Source: Curvularia clavata
Taxonomy: Eukaryota
DNA length: 64,000 nt
Direction: 5' to 3'
Assembly: GCA_023920165.1 (NCBI GenBank)
Contig: CP089274.1
Span: forward strand, 1,488,001 to 1,552,000
Notes under the pieces: model-generated
What the model was told of the DNA's origin: nothing
Seen by the model: only the letters and a program-made list of their open reading frames with translations
Database searches by the model: none
In this document: piece by piece, positions 37,161 through 50,720 of the stretch
Numbering within the stretch: position 1 is the stretch's first letter
Layout: every line of letters starts with the position of its first letter
Program-made: the position numbers and the translations under genes

Positions 37161-40100
37161 GTGGATTATGTTCAAAGAAAACTATGTTATGTGCTTTTGG
37201 GAAGAAAGCGCTGCGAAACGCTTGATGGGGGATGGGATGGATCACTGTGCGGTGTGACCGTACACTGAGGCTGCAGCCAGTAGGTATGCGAAGCCAGAGA
37301 TATGACAAGATGCAAGGTGAGCCCAAGAGAAGCAGCAAACGGAAGGGTACCAAGTACTTGTATGCGCAAAGGTAACCACCCTTTATGAGCTTATGGGGGG
37401 CGCCTTGCATGTATACGTGGGCCGGAAGTTGCGGAACTACGAATTAGAGCAAGTCATCGCGACATGAGTTTGTCAGCTGCGAGACTACTCCGATCGCATT
37501 GCATCGCGTTGTCGCCAGTTGTGACGTCCACATGCCGGATGCAGTTGTCTTGCGCAAGGTGGGTCCGGCCAAGCACAGACTCCTCTCGGGCGCCGTCCGT
37601 CGTTCGGTCAGCCACCGCTAATGGCACTTTCTCTCTACCCTCGATCGCCCCATCGGCAAACTTCGCCAAGTTTCATTTACAGCCCTATGGCGGCCTCATG
37701 GCCAGGACATAAGTCGACATTGGCAAGGCCATGACTTGGGGCCACCTGTCGCTGCCACGCCTTTGCTGCTGCAAGCCCTGGCCCATCGTGCCATGTCATG
37801 TCACGCCTGCAAGAGATTCTCACGCACGTTCGGCCACCCAAGTTGTTTCGATCCGACCCACCATCCGAATCGACCATCCGCTCCAGGCCTGAAGTTGTTC
37901 GACTCAAAATTTCGTCTGCGATGATCCCCGGCCTATCCAGGATACGCCGGAAGCTAGCAGCTTCACACCCACATTGACCGCTTGTGAGATCATATTTTCT
38001 TTTCTTTCCCGCGGTGGTGTGCAAAATTCTACTGAACAGTATTCGTTGTCACCACTTAACTCCAGGTTTCGTCCGAGCCACACGCGCTCAAGAAAATATT
38101 GAAGCTGGCATGGATCAGCATCACGTGTGCCGCGCCTTTGTACCATTTAAGCGTTGTACATGTTTGGCGAGGTGTGTCAGGCGACGGATGTCCATCTGTA
38201 CAGTAATTCTACGCGCTGGCCACACCCGCGCACAGACACCGATGCACATCGAATTTGTCTCTATCCGCCCACTTCCGCCCGACGGATACTGAGCCTCATG
38301 GTGATGGAATTTGACGGTCGTACGGAGTATACGCATCATACCATCAGGCTTTGCTACCTGTGGCTCATGTTCTGCACCACCCACACGGGTTCTAGAACCA
38401 CTCCGGTTGCCTTTGGCGGCTTTGTCTACTTTACATGCCTATGCTTGCACAAAGTATTACATCAGACACCAAGCGTGAGCAGCCACTCCACGACCCAGCC
38501 ATTCAGCCACTCAGCCCTGCAGCTCTGTCGCCCGGGCTTTGACTCATCGGAACTTGACAAATGAGCCTGCATTCTGTTGCCTAGTGCTCGCATTTGTCGG
38601 TCACCGCTCGCAGCATGGTGTATTACTAACCACTCAACGCGAGACGATGCAGCATGTGAAGGGAGGTGGGGTCTCGTAACACTTTGCATACCCGGATATT
38701 GGCTTTTCCTACTTTGTTAACATTCGGGACATTGCCTGCTTCCAAGTTTCCATGACAGTCGATGCCGAGATTCTGGCTTTCCTTCCCATACCACGGCGTT
38801 TCGGCTACGGGTTTAACGCAGATCCGAGTCCCGTCGCCAAAGTTCCGAGAAGTCCCCAATCCCCATGCCCATGACGTTTGTGTCATGCTATCTACTCCGC
38901 GACTCTCACGAAAGACGCCTGATGGAAGTCTCAGTAAGTATTATGAATGTCCCAACAGATGACACATGCGGGGTTCACTTGCGATTGCCATCTGTGTTAT
39001 TACGTCATGCGAACTGGATGGCCGTGTCTCAGTGCAACCCTCCACGTAGACGGTGTGTGAATTTATTTTGTCTACGGGTCTAGGCTGCTTACCATCAAGC
39101 GTCAGCAATGATATCCCGTTTCTTTTGGTGAAACAAGTTCACAACACCCTCAGCATTACATTCAAGCTGTATGCATTTCCTCCTTGCTCACCCTCTTTAC
39201 GTTGTACAAGTGTCTTGTTGTCGGACGTTCTCGTTCTTTCATGTTATATAACCTCTCTCCTCAACCAAGGCTGAGTATTGCTTACTTTTTTCCACTTAAA
39301 AACCCCCATGCTCGTTTATCAGATGCACCCGCCTTTTGCCTATTCTTATCTCAGGAGCATCATTATATTTCTTATTGACACCGCACCTTTCTATTTCAAA
39401 AGTTCTCAGGCATCTGAACAGAGAACTGAAGAAATCTGGCCGTGACAGCCGAGTAAAGCAAGATGTTAGTTGCGACCGTGGGAAATACTCTAGCACGAGC
39501 TGACGTGTCAACTGACGCAACTGACGACGGTAGACACTAGCTGAAGGCGCTTGCAAAGACAAGAAAGCACTCAACCGTTAGTAAAGCAAGACAAAGCAGT
39601 GAGAGTGATCCAACCCCAATGATTATTCCGACTGCGGTTGGCGCCATCCAATCGGCGAGGTTAGCGAAGTCGTGCAAGCGAATTCTTGAGATTAGACTAG
39701 TTTTCTTCGAATGTCGTTGGATTCAAATATATAAACAAATTTCTTACTTGGATAGGCCGGCTGCCACTGCGAAACTGCTTGCAACAGCAAGCCCAAGTTA
39801 ACATTTAGTGCTACTTTCCCGTCGTTCGACCTCCGTCTACCGTCACAGGGCCTGGGCTGGCGAGCAAGGATCAAGTTGACGAAGAAGCTGCCGAGAAACA
39901 ATCCGGGAATAGCAACGCGCGTGTTCTAGCGGAAGCTCGATGGACACTATGAAGGACTTATGGATCAGCAAGCGCAATAGGAATCACGTCACGAAAGACC
40001 GATTCCAACGCGCTCACGAAAGATTGAACTAAACTGGCAACGAGCGTGCGTACTAGAGGAGATAGGACGACGATTACCCTGCAGGTGCCACAAGAGACGT

Positions 40101-42660
40101 CTTACATCAATTCGCTTACCACATACGATCATGGAAACTGGAAAAGCATATTCTACTTAGAAATCGAGTCCACCAGCTAGCCGATACTAGAGATCCTTGT
40201 CTACATATATAATTACGCATGTAATCCACCCTTGGAAAGATCACATCAGGTACTGATTCACTGTTTAAACCCTGGTATATCCACAGATCCCCAACTAGGG
40301 GGGGTTTAAAAAAAGGAGATATGAGTGGTTCAAGATTAGGACACATTGTCTACCGGTCCAGCTCATCATGCAGCGAGTTACAGCACCTATTGCAATAGCG
40401 AATACGTTTAGTTGCAATAACCGGTCTATTGTCTCTCTTCACGCCTTTCTTCCGCTGATACCGCTGCTTCCTTTTGAGCAATCGGACGCCATGTCTCTGC
40501 ATATGACGGTTGACAATCTATATATCCATGGCCATTCTACATTCTCGCGCTCACTAGCGGTAGTATATCGGTAGGCTGGCAAGAGGGTATAGGGCTACCA
40601 AGCATGGGTAGGGGTAGAGTAGGGCTGTGTTAGCTTATACCTGCCCTAAGCTTGGCCCAGCCCCTTCCCATTTCCATCAGCCTGGGCGTTCTCGGCAGTA
40701 GGTGAGAGGAAGAGACGGGTTAGGCGGAGTGTGGGTCTTTCGGTTTAGTTTGGGAAACAATTTTGTGGGATGGCGTCTCGGAATGACGGGTGAGGTTGGA
40801 CCGTCGAATTGAATCAGTTCGACAATGTGCATGGGACAAAAGCCTTGGAAAGAGCAACGCTCTAAACGTTTTCTGTGAGAAAAACAATAATGCGAAAGGA
40901 AGAGAAACGGTAATACAGAACTGAGTTGAAAAGACGAAGGCGAATTTATGACACTACGGCTCATGATGAAAGGCAAGTATCAAAAGCCAAATTATCCCTT
41001 ATTCTTCCCTGCATAGCAGGTGGCGTGGCATTTGGATAGTAGAATACTCACCACGGACTTTACTGGATGAAAAACCCTCCTCCGCGGAAGCAAGCGAACT
41101 TACTTGATCCCAACCTTCAGAAGGCGAATTCTCGGCCAGTCCGTAGGACAATAAGGTTTGAAGATTACGAGCCGCACGCTGCCAATGGTGTACCATGTAG
41201 GCTAAGCCTTCGACTTCTAAACGACGGTCTTGTATCCACCACCTCGCCGAAGATGCTTTACGTACGTATGCTATCAAACAGATTTATCATGCGGTACAAT
41301 TCGGAAGTAGTGCGGCCGTATTGGGTTTGGTATGGGAAGTGTCGAGTCGTAGTAGATGAGTGATTTGGACGATAGCACTGAGACATTTGGAGCTGGCTGC
41401 ACAAGATCATGGTTTTGGAGTAGACACGTGGGATGTCGTCGCATTCTTTTGATTCGAGGTACGATTCGGTTGCTCAGGCCCTTGGTAGCTTCAAGCCATA
41501 GGCTGTGCTGTACAGTGAAGGGATTCGTAGAAGAGTTTCCTTGCTTGGCAATTGAGAAGTCAGGTTACAGATTCGCCAGGTCGAAGGGATATTGCATTGC
41601 GTTCGGCCGTAAGCTTCAAGCCATTTCGCCTTTGAGACTGAGCGAGAGTGCCCGTGTTTCCGTCGTTAATTGCAACTGGTCTTGATGAGGATGATCGTTG
41701 CGACGCACCATTTGGAGAGGGACACGGCTGGCGAATCAAACCCAACTCAGAGCGCCGCACCACGTTCTCCGTGGAATTTCTCTCCTTCCGCGGACCCTTT
41801 CCATGCGCTTAACCCATCACCAACTTTCAGGGAATCTGATTGCATCTGGGGCCCAGAAGCTAGCGGTCCGAAAACGGGGAGGTGGAACCGCATACCCTGT
41901 CTTGATAAGGTATGATCCTAGTCTGGTGACAGGTCTAAGCTCCCGCAGCGGAGAGCGGAAACCCGTAGGGATATGATTGACATTTCTGGAAGTCTCCGAT
42001 GTTTGGCGGCGGCGGTGGTGACTTGTCGTGACTCGGCATAAGGTTCTTACTACAAGCATGCGTCGACTGTCAGCGTGTTGATCCGTTTATAGGACACCGG
42101 CTCTCATTCCCATGCTTTGCCCTTGTCAATCTTCCATAGCTGACGCAATACGAGGCCTTTGTTTATAAAACTGGATGCTCCAAGTGATCTGATTCCCTAT
42201 TTGACGTTTGTGCTAACTGATTTACTGCACTTCGCGCCGAGTAACTGGCCGTGACAACTTAAGCGAGCTGAGTTGTGTGAACCATGCGTAGCGGTCAATC
42301 GCTTCTCGAATTGATTTTCAAACACATTAGTTTATCAAGTCGTACAGACAGCTGGAGACGACTCAAAGGCAGGCATTGCGAGAAAATGTGAGTGCGCCAC
42401 TTGCTGGACAGAGGAAAGATCTGTGAGTCAGTTCTCAATCCAGCGCGCACTTAGAATACTAAAGTGTTTGTAGTAGCACATGGTAAATAATCAATCTAAG
42501 TCTTTTCCAGCTTATTTTTCTGATATTTATTTATCACCTTGTCAGCTCCATGGTATACCACATCGGATTTCCGTCAGCATTTCGACTCAATATCTGCGTT
42601 CTATTCAAAGCTCCAACCCTCAATCACTGAATGTTCGAAGTAGGATCCAGCCGACAAGCC

Positions 42661-43846
42661 ATGGCAGCTAGGAATACCCCACTGTATTTTGAAGGGTGTT
42701 GGTCAATACTTAGTACTATAGGACTTCTCAACTCATTATTTGGGTTGATGGTGATTGGCATAACCGGTTATTCACCCATTACGTTGGTTCCGATTGTCGT
42801 CTCGGTTGCAACTGCTATTGCAAATGGACTTTGCTACTATGCGTTCTATGAACACCATGGAACGACTGCCCTGGTATTGGGGACGGTTTTTGCAGATCTA
42901 TCTTGGTTGGTACCACTCCCGACTTCCATTATTCGGAACTGTTGGCTAACACTGCTGAAACAGATCCAAGAAGCTGGTCTAACTTTCTACAGCTATATGA
43001 TTCTGAACAGGGTCCTTCGAAATCGCCAGCGCGTCGTGTTCTTGGCTCTTTTCTGGATCTTTATGGCTGCCCTCATCATACTACGGACATCAATATTGGT
43101 ATTTCGCGTCGTCGTTACCGTTACGAGCAACCAAAACCAACAGACCCCATATCTCGTTGAGCATCTTCACATCGGGAACTTCGTCTCCCTTGCGGTTATT
43201 GAAATCATCTCGGCCTTCTTCCTCCTTCGGATATTCTCTAAAGCAAAGAGAAGGAGTGCTGAAGTGGCGAAGCGTGGTGGGCTTTTCCGGTACCTGACGC
43301 AAAGCACGGAAATACGACTTGCCAGCCTGGCCTTGATAGGTATCACGAGGGCGATCACGCACAGCTCTCAGAAAAGCATCAAGGCAATGGATAACATGGG
43401 CCAGCTCGATCGATTTGTCTATACCTTGGAATGCATGTTTCCCATAGTCATGTAGTGAGTCATACTTTGTCTCTTTATTTACAGGGTTCCCTTTGCTTAC
43501 CAGGCAACGCAGCATTGATATCCTGGCCTCCAGAATAGCAAGTGTGACCGAATCGCACCCTTCCTCCTTCAATTATGCAGCCTCCCGCAAAATCCTTCAC
43601 CAATCACACATAGGTGAAGACGGAAATACGTACTCGTTGAATTGCATTAAGCGAAAGGTTGGTGTTTCGGGTCATCATGTGTCGAGTTCTCAGGAGAGGA
43701 TCGTGGATGGACCGAAAGACGACGATATGGGACTGAAGAGCACTGACATAGCAGTGAATTGTGAGATCAATGAAGGGAACGATGCGTTCAACGACGGTAC
43801 CATCGATAGGACTGTAGAATTTGAGTCTCATCAGAGCGTTGCGTGA
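42661..43846 (+). CDS. Multi-pass membrane protein of unknown function
   Basis: Exons 42661-42909, 42964-43454 and 43513-43846; splicing gives WL|IQEAG and FPIVMY|IDILASR. About seven hydrophobic segments and a hydrophilic C-terminal tail. Confidence 0.75.
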
Positions 43847-45392
43847 TTGTTCAGACGCCGGGGACTATACTCAGCAAATAGGCAATAAATAGGATATTAA
43901 CAGTGAAATTGCTTGGCATATCTGGACGATTCTTGCTGTGTGATGAAACTAAGGTGTGGGCACTGTCATTGAAAGTCACAGTCTCCCGCATCGCCTACAC
44001 GACACATGGGTGTAGCACACACATAGACGGAATTGTGTCTGAGCCCACCGGGCGAACATACCCATCGGGAAGATGCAGTTATGGGCTGTTTGGTAACCAC
44101 CTAATCCTTATTCTAATTTTGCTTGTCCTTGGTGTAAGTAGAAAGTGATATTTCGAAGTGATGAAGAGATCCCTGTCCATGGGTGTCTGCAGAAACAGTT
44201 GTTGTTTGAGCTTGGTGTCATTATGGCAGATGTTCAGCCCACGGATGAAAAATCTCGCATCCTTTGCTTGGGTCCCTTTGTTAAAGATCACTGGTCCATA
44301 ACAGCCATATCCGCGGAGCAGACAGCCATGTGATGGCTACTACTAGCGCTGTAGATCCTAGAAGGCCAATAGCACAATAGAGCCTACTGCGTACCCTCTA
44401 GCTGAGCTCGTTGCACGCTTTGATTTGGATCTTGGACTGTGCTGAAGATATCTTTGTGTGAGATGCTAAATGCGTGAGCGAATGGATGAAAATGCGAAGA
44501 CGAATGATATTAATGGTACGATGTCTTCACATCGTTGGAGCGATGAACCTCAAAAAGATTTCCACAGCTCTAATATCTTCATTCGAGGCTTAAGCCGGGA
44601 GCACTGATTTGGAATAGAATGAATTAGATACAGCAGTTTGTCCAATTCTTTCCATATGGCGTTGTGGATTTGGGTCGGTCCAAGTTTCTTTTCTCTTCTC
44701 CACATATTGCTTAGACACCCGAACAGCAATGAGACAGCAATGGCGGATACCATTATTTCCAAACCACTCGATGAATGTTCTCGTACTCGAATCCAGAGCA
44801 TACGTCCGTTTCCGAATTTTCCTAAAAAAAAGGGGATCATCAAGAACCCAAGGACCAAAGCCAAGAGGCCTGTTGTTATGAGACGACCGAAAGAGATTCT
44901 CCCGCTCTTTGCTCCACGCATTACTATAACGAAAGGAAGGAATGGGGGACGAACGATAGAAGGGGACCAGGTGCGATTTTGAGCTGATGAAGTTGCGCAG
45001 CGCCTGGTGAATCTGTGTAATTTCCCCAACTGCATCTCACGATGTGACACCGCTCACTCATCCGCAAAATGCATTCTTTTCAACACTCTACAGTGTATTT
45101 ATAATAAGCACCCCTTTATTCATGATTTTTGACTACACCCGTTAAGATGTTGTCTTTTTGTGCCACTTAAGCAGCGCCCGCAGCGTCAAGTTCTCGTCGA
45201 GTAACGAATGGACACGGCGAACCGTAGATCCACTTACGACATTCAGTGTAAGATAGTAGTTTACTGGCGGATTGACAGTTTGGTGAGCGATTACGAAGGT
45301 ATCCCTGCTATCTCATGTATCTTGCTTTTATGGCACAATGATAGAGTCAACAAGTAGCGTTGAGAATGGCGAGATGCCTATGAGGTTGCAAT

Positions 45393-46088
45393 TCATGTCT
45401 TTCGTTTACGGAGCCCCAGTCTGGCTGACTTGCCATCGCTAACTGATTTCTGTACACCACGACTTCTGGTCGACGTAGGATTCCGACCTGATTTGGCCGT
45501 ACTGGTGCCTGGGCGATGGCCAGCAGCGAGCTTCTGCACTGCAGCATCTATGCGCTTCAGTCTTCCTGTATGTGCTCCCATCTCTATCTTCAACAAGATC
45601 GGATATCGCTCGCTCTTGTTCATACTCTCCCAAATTGTCTTAGCGATTGGTACTTTGGCTAATGCTGTCTTGAAGTCGTCTGGAACCACAATTGCAGCAG
45701 GGCCTGCATATGCGCGGTCCCATCTCCCGTCTGCCTTTGCAGCATCAACCGCCGCCAGCCCTGCAGGCCGCATACGACCCTCATCAATGAGCCGCGCTAC
45801 AGTATGCACATTCTTCTGGGACCAGATGCTCTTTGCGCGACGTGGTGTGTAACGGACCTTCCACCAATCATTGTCGATAGCGTTTGAACGGCCATCGATC
45901 CAGCCGTAGCATAGTGCAATTTCGACGGCTTCAGCTGCTGTGATAGACGGTATGCCAGAACTCTTCTTAGCAAGCTTCACAAAGACGCCTGGAGAAGTTG
46001 TGTGCTCGCGTTCAAGGAATGTTTCGAAGTCCGTTTTCGTGGCGAAGGCTTGCACAGGAAACTCAGGGTCTTGGGATGGAGTTGCCAT
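45393..46088 (-). CDS. YdeI/OmpD-associated (bacteriocin-protection) family protein
   Basis: Intronless, ATG at 46088. AVEIALCYGWIDG, RYTPRRAKSIWSQKN, LIDEGRMRPAGLAAVDAAKADGRWDRAY and VPDDFKTAL match the bacterial YdeI family pattern. Confidence 0.85.
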   Translation of the reverse strand: MATPSQDPEFPVQAFATKTDFETFLEREHTTSPGVFVKLAKKSSGIPSITAAEAVEIALCYGWIDGRSNAIDNDWWKVRYTPRRAKSIWSQKNVHTVARLIDEGRMRPAGLAAVDAAKADGRWDRAYAGPAAIVVPDDFKTALAKVPIAKTIWESMNKSERYPILLKIEMGAHTGRLKRIDAAVQKLAAGHRPGTSTAKSGRNPTSTRSRGVQKSVSDGKSARLGLRKRKT

Positions 46089-46848
46089 GTCTGTGGGCAG
46101 ACGTGTGAAGGCGCGGAGACACACAGGTGGGACAGGAGCAGGTTGTCGCTGCTGGAGGATTGGAATTGTTCTAGAAACTAAGAAAATGACTCCTCGCTGC
46201 ATGAAGAGTGATTGTAAGCTATGTGATATGGTGTGGCTGCGAAGACAGTGACTTCCAAAGAGGTGCAGTAGCGCGTCAGGCACCCTATCGCGTGCACACG
46301 TGATTCTATCATACGTACATTCCAACACCCGGATGATTAGAAAATGAACGTTTTCAAGAGAGGATTTTTGTACGAGTTTACTGGGATAGGGCACATGTCC
46401 CGTTTGCTGTTGTGAACTTGCCATGGCCCCGTGACATAGAGCACGTGGTATACCGTGATGATACCATACGTTGGACAACGCCCGCTATGATCTAAGAAGA
46501 CAGCAAACGGACTTGCTGTACCAGTGTTGACATTTCTGCAGAGAAAGAGAAGGTGTTCACTCTCAGAATGTACAAGAAGCATAAGGTCAGAAGACGCAGG
46601 TCTGATAAACAAAGAGAGTTGGTAATAAGTGTCATAAATGTGCGGGTGGGGATGTGGATAATATTAGTCACCCTGTGTCAATGAATGAAGATGTAAAATC
46701 GTAATGTTGTCGTGCTCGTCCAATAATAAACAGACCGAGACACGCATGAGACCAGTGATACACTAAGCCTTTACTTTCCGAGGAACCAGTACTCATAAGC
46801 CAGCCGTTATGCAAATACCCTGCTCCGTTTTCTCGGTAGTCGATCATA

Positions 46849-47907
46849 CTAGACGATAAAGTCCTTCTCGTCCTTCCTAGGCCCTAGCCCTCTCTTGACA
46901 CCATCTTTCAATACATCCCAGTTCACTCCATCCAATCTTCGTCCACGAGTGGCTACATCGGCGGCGACATCTGCCAACTTTCCAGTAGCAATCCTGCGCA
47001 TCATTACAAGATCTTGAGCGTTCGGAAATGTTCGCCCTCTACCTTCAACAAGGAATTTTTCAATGAATTGCTCCTCTTCCGTTGTAAAAGGCAGGCTGAC
47101 CAACTCGTAGGCCTTAGCGTCTCGTGTGTATACACCATGCTCTGGGCTGTCTGACCATGCATTGTGGTCTAGTGTCTCCTCAATGAGAATCTCGAGAAGC
47201 GGCTTCTGCTCGTGTTCAGGTCTGCTGTGAATCCAATCATACATGTCGGTGACATTGCGACCGGCAAGGTACTTTGCGAACTCGATCCTTGTTTTCTCGT
47301 CTTCCAATGGTGGCTTAACACAGTTGTAATATGCTAATGCCAGTATGTCATCTTTTGGATCCCTCGTCATGCCTAAACTGTTCAGCTTATCCCTTCCAGT
47401 CAACAGAGTGTGCATGATCTCGTCTGGGAAGGTCGGTATTATGCTTGGATGCGTCAGATGCCCAACCGCAGTTGAGAACTGGAGGTGGTCGAGAAACCAC
47501 AGCCCTTCGACAAACGTCCAGAACCGCTTCTCGAGATGCACATCCTTTGCAAAAGCTTCGGAAAGCTCCGTGGTGTCGTGGTGTTGCGCCGAAAGATCTT
47601 TGAGCAGGTAAAATACTAGGCAATGTTTGTTGTGCAATGTTGTTTCGGCGGTGACGATGCGCTGATGAAGATCCTGAAGTTGTTGCGGAGACTTGGGTGG
47701 GTATAGCTTGCTGCCTGGAAACACATATCAGCAGATAACTAGTAACGGGTTGCTTCGCAGCTTACCTTTGATCTGTAGGAGGGCTAACAACCGCTCGAAG
47801 AAAGTGCGCCCGCCAAGGGCAGTCCGATATGATTGAATTTCTTGTACAAGGCCATCGTTGTAACACAGACCGCGGTATACAGCGTCGAAATCTTCCACGT
47901 CAAGCAT
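46849..47907 (-). CDS. ELYS-like domain nuclear pore assembly protein
   Basis: Exons 47907-47766 and 47714-46849. LYPPKS..L..LHQRIV, KHCLVFYLLKD, GLWFLDHLQF..AV.HLTHPSIIPTFPDEI, LVSLPF..EEE. Confidence 0.82.
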
Positions 47908-48290
47908 TTTGTGGTTGAATTGATGTTGACGCAGGTGTGCTTCGCGCTGGGGTTGGTGAGGGACGTGTTTGTCGTTATCGCATGGAAGATCCAGGGTCGC
48001 GCGTTGTCACGTGAATATGGCCTTGGCGTTCAGCATCGCCTGGCTGGATTGATCAAGGTGAAGGCACACTCACTCTCAGAAGAGCAAAGCGTACGCAAAC
48101 ACCTGCGCTAAAATAAGGTAGCCTCCTGTTGTAGTATTCATGACTTGCCAAGTATTCAAAGCACAATGTCTCGCGTCTGCTGCTCCGCTCCCTTTAGAAA
48201 GGACATCTAAAGCAACCCATTTTATTGCGTGACTTCAAGAGTGTCATCTTTGGCCAATGTAGTGTGATCGACGCTGTACTTGCAAATGAT

Positions 48291-50030
48291 TCACCACTCA
48301 TTCCATTCCCTGTGAGTGAACCTTTGATGAGTCGGTGGCATAGTCACATGCGACCATGTCGCACTCTGGATCCATGTAGCTAGAATTTTCCCTTTCACAG
48401 TTTCGAGGAGTTCTTGTAGTATCCGGGCCTCGTTATCCATGAGCCCTACCCGCTCTTGTCTCCGAATAAAGTTATGAATGAAGAAAAGTGGACATGCAGC
48501 AAGGTTAGTTCCAAACCACCCCGAGTGGGGGCTAAGAAACATAGCTATCACTTTGAGGATTTTCCTCGATATGGTTTGCGCCCCCTCCGTTGTAGAGACT
48601 TCACCGAACGCCCATGCCTCCTGGAACTCTGGGGTAGCTTGACGGAGTTCTATACAGAGAAGGAGGCAGCACCAATACAAACCAAGCAGCTGGGCGCCAC
48701 CAAGCAGTTCCACGGAGATTGCTTTGTCTTCTTCTACCGTCGCTGTCATCATTCGAGACTCGATAGACGACCCAGTTGTGAGATACCAGGATCCGAGCTC
48801 GGCGCTCAGATGGTAAAATCTTTCAATGAGGTATTGCATTAGGTCCCGTGTCCCGACACGTCGGCATCCGAGGCGAAACTTGTCAAATGTCTCTAGCAGC
48901 CTTGGAATTTCAACGAATGAGTCCAAGAGAATATCTTTTGGCGTTTTGGAACACTCTAGCCAAGGGATCGTCTTCCACTGCCATTCGTCGAGCATTGAAG
49001 CGGTCCTTGTAAATATGTTTCTAGCAGCCTATTCATTCCGTAAGGATGAATACCTAGAGCCAATGACTGTTCTTACAATATGAAAACGGCCGTCTGCAAA
49101 TATTTCATGGGCTTCGCCGCTTTTGTACATATCTGCACTGCCGCTGAGCAGTAGATACCGCTCGCCGTTGTTGTGAACACTCCAAGCATGTCCATGTGCA
49201 GCGTCACCGTGATTGTTCTGACCGAAAAATATCTAAGCGAGAATTGGCTATCAGTGGCCGCGAATGGTGTATTTCCATCATAACATACCTCAAAAAGTCC
49301 AAGCATTCTGGCGGTTCTGACAAGAGCCAGCCTATTCGTAGTGTCCACGTTTTGCAACCCCTCCATCAACTGCAGCAAGGCACGACCGTAGATAAGACGG
49401 CCTTCTCTGAGAATTCTTCCATCTCCCTGCTGGGATCCTAGCATGCAAAGAGAACAGGCAATTACGGCAAGTTTTAACATGTCGTGCGTTCCATTACAAT
49501 TGCGTGCAGCAGCACATGTTGCTACGATCCATCTTGTTGTGGAACAACTAGGAATGTCCGGAGAGCTATGGTAGCCTGTCGGCAGATAGATATCCATAAA
49601 CAGACTGATATAATCATCTTGGGATGCTAAACACCGAGGCAAATTCGCAAAATGTATGGGCGGAACTTGTCGTGAACTAGGCCGCTTTTTTGTGACATAT
49701 GACGACGACGACAGTAATGGTGATGGTGATGAGAGATAGCTTTTCCTGGCGCTAAGGACGGTTTTGGCTGTGGCGTCCACAAAAATGGTGTGCTGCTCAT
49801 GCCAAGTGCAGTTGAGGCAGAGCCTCTGGCATTGCTTGCAGATGGGACGACTAAGATCGCACTGCCAGTTTCAATGAGTATCAAGCAGATATCATAAAGT
49901 CAAATTCATTGGCGAGCATGATTGAACTAGGATCGAGAAAGGTAAATGGGCGGGTACTGTGCTGACTTACAGCTTTTCTTCGTCTTAAACAACTAAGGCA
50001 AGCTTTGGATCGTCCTGGGATACCGACCAT
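48291..50030 (-). CDS. Zn(II)2Cys6 fungal transcription factor
   Basis: Exons 50030-49971, 49861-49289, 49232-49077 and 49028-48291. Splicing gives MVGIPGRSKACLSCLRRRKA|CDLSRPICKQCQRLCLNC, plus H..G, F.DGRF and WKTIPW..K...D.L.D motifs of this factor class. Confidence 0.85.
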
Positions 50031-50612
50031 TATCAAACGATGGCGTGATAATCTTTTGTAACCTGCCAAATATCAGGTGCTCCGAGCAAGTATGCGTCCC
50101 AACTAGGGGTTTGAATCATCCTCCATATTCGTAGAGTGAAGAGTGCGATTCCACTAGCCTAGTTTCACGGGACTTCGGCTCTAACTTCGTGCGAATCCGT
50201 GTCGACTAAGTCCGACCGAAGTGCTTATTCAAGCATTGCATTCAACATGACGCCCTGCTGCTGTGCCACAATGTATGACAAAGCGCTCTGTTGAACACTA
50301 GTCTCGCCCCTGTTTTCGGTCTAGGATAGGAAACATGATACGCGGGGTTGGCAGTTCATCCCGACTGGGTTTCGCTTCTTTGTGACGTCGTTGTGCAGTG
50401 ATGTGGAAATACGGTCCGTGCGTTTGAGAATCTAACTAACCCGGATTGGCAGCATGATACGCCGTACATACAGGTAGTAACATTGTCTCTATCCTTAGGA
50501 GCAAACCCATTGACGAGACTGAATACTACTATGCAGGAGATGGTTCTACGGCCATGGTGTGTCGCGTTGCACTTAGTGTATGCATTCGCCATCAGTCATA
50601 AGGGCTGCTGGG

Positions 50613-50620
50613 TATAAATA
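50613..50620 (+). promoter_or_regulatory. TATA box of the hydrolase gene
   Basis: TATAAATA about 100 nt upstream of the ATG at 50721. Confidence 0.55.
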
Positions 50621-50720
50621 TCCGTCTCTTTACCATGCTCACCTTGTATTTCAATATCAATTCGCATCAGTCCACGACATCTGCAAAGCAATCTAGTCGA
50701 ACTTTCTTTCTACAATCAAT

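Noticed and set aside
44079..45050. Overlapping short ORFs on both strands (166 aa minus, 114 aa plus)
   Set aside because: No consistent gene model or motif; at most an unidentifiable relic.
46089..46478. 130-aa extension of the YdeI-like ORF
   Set aside because: Non-ATG start; family similarity begins at ATG 46088.
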